Assembly: GCA_964461235.1 (NCBI GenBank)
Contig: CAYWUV010000006.1
Location: forward strand, 11,468-75,467
Length of the DNA: 64,000 nucleotides
Direction of reading: 5' to 3'
Origin: an uncultured Bryobacterales bacterium
GTDB lineage: Bacteria; Acidobacteriota; Terriglobia; Bryobacterales; UBA6623
Part shown: piece by piece, positions 22,372 to 30,212 of the stretch
Layout: the number at the start of each line of letters is the position of its first letter
Numbering within the stretch: the stretch's first letter is position 1
Program-made: the position numbers and the translations under genes
The notes under the pieces: model-generated
Told to the model about the DNA's origin: nothing
The model's database searches: none
The model's input: the letters and a program-made list of their open reading frames with translations, nothing else

Positions 22372-23132
22372 GCTGTTCCATCCCCTTCCGCGCCATGGTC
22401 TCCGACCGGCGCTCGTGCGGCAAGCCCCGTGACCTCCGCGCGCAGTTCCTGCGTGAGCGCTCTCGCGGTCAGACGGTCCCGCTCTCTTGTGTGGATCGGT
22501 TTCCCGATCCTGAGTTCCACGATTCCGGGCCTCAGGTGCCAGGACCCCGGAGGGAGGATGCTCCCGCTCCCGGCGATCGCCATCGGCACGATCGGCACCC
22601 CGGCTTCGATCGCAATGTGGGCGGCTCCGGTCTTGAACTGCCGCATCGACGTCCCCCGCCGCCGGCCGCCTTCCGGGAAGACCAGCACCGAGAGCCCGCC
22701 GCCTACCCGACGCGCTGCTGACTCGATGTTCCGCGCTGCGCGCCGCGGATTCTCGCGATCGACTGGAAGGTGGCCAGCGCGGCTCAAGTGCCAGCCGATG
22801 AACGGAATCGTCCAGAGGCCTGATCGGGCCAGGATTCGGAAGTTGCGGGGCATAAAGCCGAACATGAGCGGGGTGTCGATCAGGCTGAAGTGGTTCGAAG
22901 CGAAGACGTAGGGCTGATTCGCGTCCAAGTGCCCGCCCCCGAGAACTCTCACGTCCACGAGGAACACCCCCATGAGCATGCGTCCCCACCGGCGCGCCAC
23001 CCGATGCTGGAGTTCGCCGGTACTGTCCACTGCCGACGACAGCAGCGAGAGAAGCCCCATTACGGTGGTGATGGCACCCAGCATCGGGATCATCCAGCAC
23101 ACGGACCGGAGAAAGCTGAAGGTCTCGCGCAT
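22368..23132 (-). CDS. plsC: 1-acyl-sn-glycerol-3-phosphate acyltransferase
   Basis: 254 aa. The acyltransferase motifs NHFSLIDTP (NHxxxxD) and VFPEGGR are present, with an N-terminal TM helix. Confidence 0.8.
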   Translation of the reverse strand: MRETFSFLRSVCWMIPMLGAITTVMGLLSLLSSAVDSTGELQHRVARRWGRMLMGVFLVDVRVLGGGHLDANQPYVFASNHFSLIDTPLMFGFMPRNFRILARSGLWTIPFIGWHLSRAGHLPVDRENPRRAARNIESAARRVGGGLSVLVFPEGGRRRGTSMRQFKTGAAHIAIEAGVPIVPMAIAGSGSILPPGSWHLRPGIVELRIGKPIHTRERDRLTARALTQELRAEVTGLAARAPVGDHGAEGDGTA

Positions 23133-23150
23133 CCCGAGGAACCGTTGATT

Positions 23151-24434
23151 CTATCCGAGCATTTCCCGCGCTTCGCCCACGAGGAAGATCGAGCCCGCGA
23201 CGACAATCCACCCGCCCGGGGCCACCCGTCTCTCGGCCAGCCGCAACGCGGCACCGACGTCGGGTGCGGTCTCTACGGACGGATGGTGGTGACCCACGGC
23301 AGCCAGCAGCCCTCGCGGGCTCACCGACCGCTCCACCTTGGAGCGTGTGAGCACGACGCGGTCCGCGACCGGGAACATCCAGGCCGCGATCTCATCGACG
23401 GCCTTGTCGCGCGAGGATCCGTAGATGAGCGTAACGTCGCGCCCCGCGGATTCCCGTGCCACGAACTCAGCCAGGGCTCGGGCGCCCTCGGGGTTGTGTG
23501 CAGCATCCAGCAGGAAGCGAGGGGGCGTGCCCGCGAATTCAAGCCTGCCCGGCCACTGCACTTGACTCAGTCCTCGTTCGATGTGGCGCGATGAAATACT
23601 GAGGACGTCCAAGGCCGCGACGGCTGTCAGGGCATTATCAACTTGGTGCCGGCCCGCCAGCCCGACCCGGACGGCAACTGCGCTGGCGCGTCCGACCGCG
23701 TCGAATCGCCATCGCCCAGACTCGCTCGAGGCGTTACGCACCTCCCAGTCCGTCTCCACGTCGTGGACCTCCGCGCCTGCCTCTCGGCAGCACCGTAGGA
23801 GGACTCCGCGAGCCGCCGCGGCCTGCCTTCCGATCACGGCACGGCACCCGGGCTTGACGATCGCTCCCTTCTCTGCGGCGATTTGCTCCAGTCGCCTGCC
23901 GAGGTACCGCTCGTGATCGTGATCGATCTGCGTAAATACGACCAATTCGGGAGCGACCACGTTGCTCGCATCGAGCCTGCCCCCGAGACCGGTCTCCATG
24001 ATCCGGACATCGGCACCGGCTTGTTCGAACAGCACGAGTGCCACCGCTGTCGCGGACTCGAAGAACGTGGGGTGGGCGGCCGCGCCATGCATTGCGGCAA
24101 TGCGCTCGTTGGCCTTGCGTACCGGAGCGACGGCCCTCGCCAAGGTCTCGTTGGAGACCGGCTTCCCGTCTAGCAGGAAGCGCTCGTTGATGCGCGACAG
24201 GTGCGGGGACGTGTACAGGCCCGTCGAGTAGCCCGCCGCCCTGAGGCCGGACTCGATCATGGCGGAGGTGGAGCCCTTGCCGTTGGTCCCGGCGACGTGG
24301 ACGATACCGGGAGCGCGCTCCGGGCTTCCGAGTTCGCGGACTAGCCGCTGCATGCGTTCCAGCCCGAACGATTGCGTGCGAATCGAGCTGGGCAGGGAAT
24401 AGAGATAGCGAACGGAAGGGTCTAGCGGTTCCAT
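23151..24434 (-). CDS. folC: bifunctional folylpolyglutamate synthase/dihydrofolate synthase
   Basis: 427 aa. VHVAGTNGKGSTSAMIESGL...YTSPHL is the Mur-ligase P-loop as found in FolC. Confidence 0.85.
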   Translation of the reverse strand: MEPLDPSVRYLYSLPSSIRTQSFGLERMQRLVRELGSPERAPGIVHVAGTNGKGSTSAMIESGLRAAGYSTGLYTSPHLSRINERFLLDGKPVSNETLARAVAPVRKANERIAAMHGAAAHPTFFESATAVALVLFEQAGADVRIMETGLGGRLDASNVVAPELVVFTQIDHDHERYLGRRLEQIAAEKGAIVKPGCRAVIGRQAAAARGVLLRCCREAGAEVHDVETDWEVRNASSESGRWRFDAVGRASAVAVRVGLAGRHQVDNALTAVAALDVLSISSRHIERGLSQVQWPGRLEFAGTPPRFLLDAAHNPEGARALAEFVARESAGRDVTLIYGSSRDKAVDEIAAWMFPVADRVVLTRSKVERSVSPRGLLAAVGHHHPSVETAPDVGAALRLAERRVAPGGWIVVAGSIFLVGEAREMLG

Positions 24435-24440
24435 GCGAGC

Positions 24441-25274
24441 CTATGCCGCGGGCCCACGGAAGAACTCCAAGGCGTTTCCGATGAACTGCTTGAGTTCGGA
24501 TCGAGCGACCACGGCATCCAGCATGCCATGCTCAAGGAGGAATTCGGACCGCTGGAAGCCCTTCGGCAGCTTCTGGCGTATCGTCTGCTCGATCACTCGC
24601 GGCCCGGCGAATCCGATCAACGCTCCCGGCTCCGCGATGTTCAAGTCTCCAAGCATCGCGAAGCTCGCCGTCACGCCACCGGTGGTCGGATCTGTCAGCA
24701 CGCTGATGTACGGGACCTTCGAGCGGTCCAGGTTCTTCAGGGCGGCCGAGACCTTGGCCATCTGCACGAGGCTCACCATGCCCTCCATCATGCGCGCGCC
24801 GCCAGAGGCGGACACGATGATGAGCGGCTTGCGGTCCCGGGCAGCCAGTTCCGCGGCCCGCGTGAGCTTCTCGCCGACGACCGCCCCCATGCTGCCACCA
24901 ATGAAGCCATATTCCATGGCGCACAGGACCACTTCGTAGCCCTCGAGCTTTCCGAGCGCGCAAATTAGCGCGTCGTCGAGCCCGGTTCGCTCCTTGGCGT
25001 CACGGAGGCGGTCTTCATAGGGCCTGCGGTCCTCGAACTGCAGGGCGTTCGTGGAGCGCAGGTTCCCGCAGATCTCCTCCCACTTCCCGTCGTCCAGGAG
25101 CATCTCCAGCCGCTGCCGGGCGTTGAGCTTGAAATGAAACCCGCACTGGCCGCAGACCATCGCCTGTGCTTCCAGGTCCTTCTTCCAGATCGGGGTGGGG
25201 CAGGAATCGCACTTGATCCAGAGACCTTCCGTACGGACCCGCTTGGGTTCGTGCTCCTTTCGGAACCAAGCCAT
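24441..25274 (-). CDS. accD: acetyl-CoA carboxylase carboxyltransferase beta subunit
   Basis: Likely start MAWFRKEHEPK at 25274. It has the N-terminal Zn ribbon CDSCPTPIW...CGQCGFH and a carboxyltransferase domain. Confidence 0.9.
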   Translation of the reverse strand: MAWFRKEHEPKRVRTEGLWIKCDSCPTPIWKKDLEAQAMVCGQCGFHFKLNARQRLEMLLDDGKWEEICGNLRSTNALQFEDRRPYEDRLRDAKERTGLDDALICALGKLEGYEVVLCAMEYGFIGGSMGAVVGEKLTRAAELAARDRKPLIIVSASGGARMMEGMVSLVQMAKVSAALKNLDRSKVPYISVLTDPTTGGVTASFAMLGDLNIAEPGALIGFAGPRVIEQTIRQKLPKGFQRSEFLLEHGMLDAVVARSELKQFIGNALEFFRGPAA

Positions 25275-25281
25275 TGCAAAG

Positions 25282-25306
25282 GGACGCCCCGCCACGCGGG
25301 GCGTCC
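25282..25306 (-). promoter_or_regulatory. perfect 11-bp GC-rich hairpin 7 nt upstream of the accD start codon
   Basis: GGACGCCCCGC-cac-GCGGGGCGTCC: stems 25282..25292 and 25296..25306, with a 3-nt loop. On the mRNA strand it is followed by CUUUGCA then AUG. Confidence 0.4.
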
Positions 25307-25773
25307 AACATCCTTCGATCATAGCCATTGGGGTGCTCGCTCCGAAAGGCTAGGCGAGGCGGGTCCTCGTGACGGCTGTGCCTCGCGGAGCGGCGATTCG
25401 TCCGCACCCGAGCCCCGGATCGGTCACGAACTGCGGTCCGGCTGTGAGACTCCGAACCGATGAGACCCGTCAGTCGCAGCCTCCTTGTGATCTACGGGGC
25501 ACTCAGGCGGCACCGCCGAGCGGTTGATGTGAGGCCGCAGGTTCGTTCAACTGCGCCATGAACATCGATCGGAAGCGCGACGGCCCATCACCGCAGCGAG
25601 GAAACGGCAGAACCGACTGCTAGGGGCGCTTGGTTCCGAATTCAGAGACTCCCGCGAACCGCCTTGCCACGAAGGACTTGTTCGGAACTCGAGGATTGAT
25701 CATCCTGTCGAGTCTCGAAGACGCCGGGAACTCGCTGCACAGCAAGTCTCCGGGCAGCGGCCCGCGCCGGCTG

Positions 25774-26877
25774 TCAGGCTGCGTGCTGCTGGTGTTGCGG
25801 ACGACTGTCGTCTTGAACCCCACCGGGCAATCGACCAGCCTCCCCGAGCGGCCCCTGAGCGGCCCCGGGCCCGCGCCGCTGAGCCACCGGGCCTGTCTCG
25901 GATTCGGCGAACAGGCTCTGCTGGACTCGTCCAAGGATGCCTCCGGCAGGATCTACGGCGAAAGGGATCGCGCTGGCGAGACCGTACTTGCTGCGAATCC
26001 CCTCCACCCTTGCTTGGAGCCAGTCCTGATAATCCCTTGCCACGTAGGAGCGGGAGCGGTAGTGCGACCGATACCGTTCGGCGATCTTCGGGAACCATTG
26101 TTCGAGAACAGGCAACAGCCGCCGCCTAGCCGCCTCCTTCAGAAAGAGAGGGTTGGCCGTCCAGTACTGAGCGTCCGCCCGCTTCGCCTGTTCGGCGACA
26201 GCACCCAGGATGTCCGCGCTATCGGTCAGAAGCGGCAGCACGGGTGCGCTGAACACACCGGCCCGAACGCCTCGCCAGCGCAACTGGCGGACGGTTTCGA
26301 TCCGCATTTCGGGCCTGACGGCGCGTGGCTCCAGCAGCCGGGCCAGCGCATCGTCCATGGTCGTGACGGTCATGTTGACGCGCAGGTCGTTCTGCGCGGC
26401 GATCTTGCCTAGCAGGTCGAGATCCCGCAGGATCAGGTCCGATTTCGTCGTGATGCCGATCCGGAGCCCCGAGGCGCGGGAGAAAGCCTCGAGAATCCCC
26501 CGAGTGGTTTCAAACCTCCGTTCCGCCGGCTGGTACGGGTCGGTTCCGGTGCCGAGGGCGATCGGGCCGTCGACACCCCGGCGCAGTTCCTGTTCCAGGA
26601 TCTCCCTGGCCCTCTCCTTCGAGAAGATGAGGGTGTCGAAGTCAGCGGGATCGTCGAGCCCGAGATACGTGTGCGTGTACGGCGCATAGCAATAGTGGCA
26701 ACCGATCTCACACCCCCGGTACGGGTTAACCGTCCACCGGAAGGGCATCTGCGGGTTGGAGCAGCGATTGAGGATGCTCTTTGACGGTAGGCTCCGATAC
26801 TCGACGTGCCGCTTCGTAGCGAGTCTGGTTCCGCTGGCGGCAAGGGCAGCGATCCCTACGAGATTTTGACCGGTCAT
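25774..26877 (-). CDS. radical SAM protein (SplB/Rv2578c-like)
   Basis: 367 aa. NPYRGCEIGCHYCYA is the CxxxCxxC 4Fe-4S/SAM motif. Confidence 0.8.
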   Translation of the reverse strand: MTGQNLVGIAALAASGTRLATKRHVEYRSLPSKSILNRCSNPQMPFRWTVNPYRGCEIGCHYCYAPYTHTYLGLDDPADFDTLIFSKERAREILEQELRRGVDGPIALGTGTDPYQPAERRFETTRGILEAFSRASGLRIGITTKSDLILRDLDLLGKIAAQNDLRVNMTVTTMDDALARLLEPRAVRPEMRIETVRQLRWRGVRAGVFSAPVLPLLTDSADILGAVAEQAKRADAQYWTANPLFLKEAARRRLLPVLEQWFPKIAERYRSHYRSRSYVARDYQDWLQARVEGIRSKYGLASAIPFAVDPAGGILGRVQQSLFAESETGPVAQRRGPGAAQGPLGEAGRLPGGVQDDSRPQHQQHAA

Positions 26878-27053
26878 ACTATTATATTCGTATTTTATTC
26901 GCTATCAGTCAAGTCCGATGGCGATTCTTGGAGCCGTTGGCTCAGTTTTCTGCCGGCACATGCAAGGAATCGCCAGCGGTATTCGAAACGGTCTGCGCCG
27001 ATCCGGGAGCTCCCCGGGGACACGGTGGCCTGGCGAGTGCGGGCGCTAGCCTG

Positions 27054-28238
27054 CTAGGCCCGATGTGATCGCAGGATTCGGAGCATCCTCCTCAGGGGTT
27101 CGGCCGCTCCCCAGAGGAGTTGGTCGCCGACGGTGAATGCACCCAGGAAGGAGGGTCCCAGATTCAGTTTCCGGACCCTGCCGACGGCGATTTCGAGCGT
27201 GCCGGCCACGGCTGCGGGAGTGAGGTGCTGCAGCGTCGCTTCGCGAGAATTGTCCACGATCCGCACCCACGGATTGCCCTCCCTTATCAGATCCAGAGCC
27301 TCAGCCACCGGCACTTCCCGCGCGAGCTTGATGCATAGGGCCTGACTGTGGCAGCGAAGGGCGTCGATGCGAGCGCAGGTCCCGTCGATCTTGACAGGCT
27401 GGTCAGCCCCGAGTAACCGGCTCGCCTCGACGCTCGCTTTCCATTCCTCCCGCGTCTGGCCGTCTTCCATGGCCGTGTCGATCCAAGGCAGCACGCTGCA
27501 AGCGAGGGGAGCTCCGAGTTCGGCGAGCGGAAGCGAGGCGGCTCGCTGGGCGCGGGTGATCGCTTCTGCGGTCTCCGGCGTCGTGAGGCTGTCGAGTTCC
27601 TCTTCGGAGAGTGCAATCTGGCGCAGCTGACGCGCTAGTTCAGTGAGTTTCCGGGCACCGGCTCCGGAAACGGCCTGATAGGTCATGGTGCTCATCCATT
27701 CGATGAGACCGGCCCGGTACAGTCCGACGGTCGCCATGAGGAGCAGGCTGACCGTGCAGTTTGCGCCGATGAAGTTCCGGCAACCGTCGTGAAGCCGCTG
27801 TCGGATCTGGTCGCCGTTGACGGGGTCCAGGACAAGAGTCGCATCCTCTCGCAACCGGAGCTTGGAAGCAGCGTCAATCCAGTACCCGTCCCAGCCAGCT
27901 TCCCTGAGCTGGTCGAATACTCCTGTGGTATAGCCGCCTCCCTGGCAGCTCAGCACCACGTCGCAGCGCCGCAACTCGGTGATACTGCTGGCATCCTTCA
28001 AGACTCCCGATATGCTCCCCTCGGGGGCCGGGCTCCCGGCGTTCGAGGTGCTGAAGAACTCGACCTCCAGACCTTGCAGGTCTTGTTCGGTCCGCATCCG
28101 CTCCAGAAGGACGCTGCCCACCATGCCCCGCCAGCCGACAAATCCTACGCGCAAGTCGATGCCCCCCGAACCCGAATCTCTCGCCAAGCGAGAGGAAGTA
28201 GGGTCTGAATTGATGATAAAGTGTTTAAGATGAGTCAC
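27054..28238 (-). CDS. asd: aspartate-semialdehyde dehydrogenase (E. coli-type)
   Basis: VGFVGWRGMVGSVLLERM...FFSTS matches the Asd N-terminus. The first ~28 codons from ATG 28238 are AT-rich and atypical. A TTG at 28154, preceded by GGGGGG, is a plausible true start. Confidence 0.9.
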   Translation of the reverse strand: MTHLKHFIINSDPTSSRLARDSGSGGIDLRVGFVGWRGMVGSVLLERMRTEQDLQGLEVEFFSTSNAGSPAPEGSISGVLKDASSITELRRCDVVLSCQGGGYTTGVFDQLREAGWDGYWIDAASKLRLREDATLVLDPVNGDQIRQRLHDGCRNFIGANCTVSLLLMATVGLYRAGLIEWMSTMTYQAVSGAGARKLTELARQLRQIALSEEELDSLTTPETAEAITRAQRAASLPLAELGAPLACSVLPWIDTAMEDGQTREEWKASVEASRLLGADQPVKIDGTCARIDALRCHSQALCIKLAREVPVAEALDLIREGNPWVRIVDNSREATLQHLTPAAVAGTLEIAVGRVRKLNLGPSFLGAFTVGDQLLWGAAEPLRRMLRILRSHRA

Positions 28239-28478
28239 TTAAAGGAGATTCAATGACTCACCTCGTACAAGTTCACTCTACCATGCCCGAGGTTTGCCAG
28301 TAGGTGCACCGGTGGTGTGTGCCGGCTCGCGCGGATGATCGAACTGCGTGTTCGGCGCTGGTTGCGACGAAGAGCAGCGGGTCCAAGGGGCGTGCTCCCG
28401 CCGGCCACGAAGAGCGCGTCCCTCGGTTCGATTGGCTACCGCGACCTAGGCGTAAGATGCCGGCTGCTCGCGTCGCCG

Positions 28479-28709
28479 CTATTCGGCCGCGCTTTCCTGG
28501 GCGCCAGCTCCCTGCCACGCACTGATCTTCAAGCGACGGCACACCCAGCACAACCCGTCCGAGGTGGCTGTGGCCCCCGGCGTCGAGCAGACTCGGCAGG
28601 GGAATTCGCTGACCGGCTGGGATGGAAAGACGTGCTCCGTGACAGCTTCGATGATGGGCCCGGCAACGACCGGGGCATCCAATGATTCGGACTTGCTGAT
28701 CTTGGCCAT
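28479..28709 (-). CDS. small zinc-ribbon-like protein (76 aa)
   Basis: CRVC-x13-CWVC arrangement and coding-like third-position GC. It lies between DUF1501 and asd on the same strand. I recognise no family. Confidence 0.4.
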   Translation of the reverse strand: MAKISKSESLDAPVVAGPIIEAVTEHVFPSQPVSEFPCRVCSTPGATATSDGLCWVCRRLKISAWQGAGAQESAAE

Positions 28710-28782
28710 CGCTCGAATCGTCCGTTCCAGCCCTCAGTATAGGGTCTTTGGTGGTCCCGGGTCTATCAGTCAGTCGGGCCCT

Positions 28783-30207
28783 TCAAGCCAGCAGTTTCGT
28801 CACGACGTGTCCCCCGACGTCCGTCAAACGGAAGTCCCGGCCCTGATGGCGGTAGGTCAGAAGCTCGTGATCGAACCCAAGGCAGTGCAGCAGAGTGGCT
28901 TGCAGGTCGTGCACGTGAACTTTGTCTTCGACGGGCTTGAGTCCGATGTCGTCGGTCTTGCCGACAACTCGGCCTCGTGCGATTCCGCCTCCCGCCAGCC
29001 ACATGCTGAAACAGTCCGGGTGGTGGTCCCGACCGGGAGCCTCGTCCTTGCGGTCCACCTGCGCCATCGGAGTTCGCCCAAATTCGCTCGCCCAGATCAC
29101 GAGCGTTGTGTCCAGCAGGCCCCGCTGCTTGAGGTCCTGCACAAGGGCCGCGCTGGGCCGATCGACGGCTGCGCAATTGCCGGCATGCCCCTTGTCGAGT
29201 TCCTTGTGGTCGTCCCAGTCACCGTGCGTGAGCATCACGAAGCGCACGCCCCGCTCCACCATGCGCCTCGCCAGCAGGCAGTTCGTCGCATAGGCATGAG
29301 TCGGTTCCTGGCCGACACCGTAGGATTCCAGCACATGCTTCGGTTCGTCCCCGAAATCGAGCAGCTGGGGGACGGCGATCTGCATCCGGAACGCGAGTTC
29401 GTAGGATGCGATGCGCGCCGCGATCTCCCTGTCACCGGTCCGCGCCAGCCGGTGTTCGTTCAATCGCCGAACCGCGTCAAGGCGAGCTCTCTGCAGTTCG
29501 TTGGTGATTCCTTCGGAGTTCGAGACGTAGAGGATCGGATCCCCGACGGACCGGAACCGAGTTCCCTGGTACGCGGAGGGCAGGAAACCGTTCGACCAGA
29601 TGTTGGAGCCTGCGTTCGGTCCCTTGCCGGATCCCAGGACCACGAAGCCCGGTAGGTCGCGGGACTCGCTTCCCAGCCCATAGGCCACCCAGGAACCGAT
29701 CGACGGCCGTCCGAACTGGGTGACGCCCGTGGAAAGCAGCAGGGCGCCGGGATCATGGTTGAACGCCTCCGAGTTCATTGTGCGGATCATGCAGATGTCG
29801 TCGGCGCAGCTTCCCAAGTGCGGCAGCCAGTCCGAGAATTCGATGCCGCTCTGTCCGTACGGCCGGAACTGCCTGGCGCTCGGCATGATCGTGGCGTTCG
29901 GCTTGATGAAGGCGAGCTTCAGGTCCTTGGTCAGGGAGGGCGGGAGTGCCTGGCCGTCCCACTTCGTGAGACCGGGCTTGGGGTCGAAGAGGTCCAGCTG
30001 GCTAGGAGCTCCCGACTGGTAGATCAGGATGGCGTTCGTCGCCTTGGGCTCGAAATGCGGCTGCTTCACCGTCATCGGGCCGGCCGTCTCCGCTGAGTGG
30101 CCATCGAGGCAGAGCAGGTGTGCGAGTGCCGCCGTTCCGAGGCCGCCGGAGCAACTGGCGAGGAAACGGCGGCGGTCCAGGGTGCGCTGGCAGGCAATCG
30201 GATGCAT
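28783..30207 (-). CDS. DUF1501 domain protein (sulfatase-like fold), Tat signal
   Basis: Likely start MHPIACQRTLDRRRFLASCSGGLGTAALA at 30207, which carries a twin-arginine motif. The C-terminus is FGRTP...GRDHHPDCFSMWLAGGGI...RLTDVGGHVV. Confidence 0.9.
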   Translation of the reverse strand: MHPIACQRTLDRRRFLASCSGGLGTAALAHLLCLDGHSAETAGPMTVKQPHFEPKATNAILIYQSGAPSQLDLFDPKPGLTKWDGQALPPSLTKDLKLAFIKPNATIMPSARQFRPYGQSGIEFSDWLPHLGSCADDICMIRTMNSEAFNHDPGALLLSTGVTQFGRPSIGSWVAYGLGSESRDLPGFVVLGSGKGPNAGSNIWSNGFLPSAYQGTRFRSVGDPILYVSNSEGITNELQRARLDAVRRLNEHRLARTGDREIAARIASYELAFRMQIAVPQLLDFGDEPKHVLESYGVGQEPTHAYATNCLLARRMVERGVRFVMLTHGDWDDHKELDKGHAGNCAAVDRPSAALVQDLKQRGLLDTTLVIWASEFGRTPMAQVDRKDEAPGRDHHPDCFSMWLAGGGIARGRVVGKTDDIGLKPVEDKVHVHDLQATLLHCLGFDHELLTYRHQGRDFRLTDVGGHVVTKLLA

Positions 30208-30212
30208 GAGGC

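Noticed and set aside
20854-23211. Over-extended track ORFs suggesting giant fusion proteins: 785 aa for xylB, 948 aa for clpC (17829..20675), 694 aa for the amidohydrolase (37516..39600) and 645 aa for hemY (51376..53313).
   Set aside because: The N-terminal extensions are low-complexity and overlap neighbouring real genes in other frames. Conserved family N-termini with proper start codons occur internally at 22371, 18198, 38865 and 51913.
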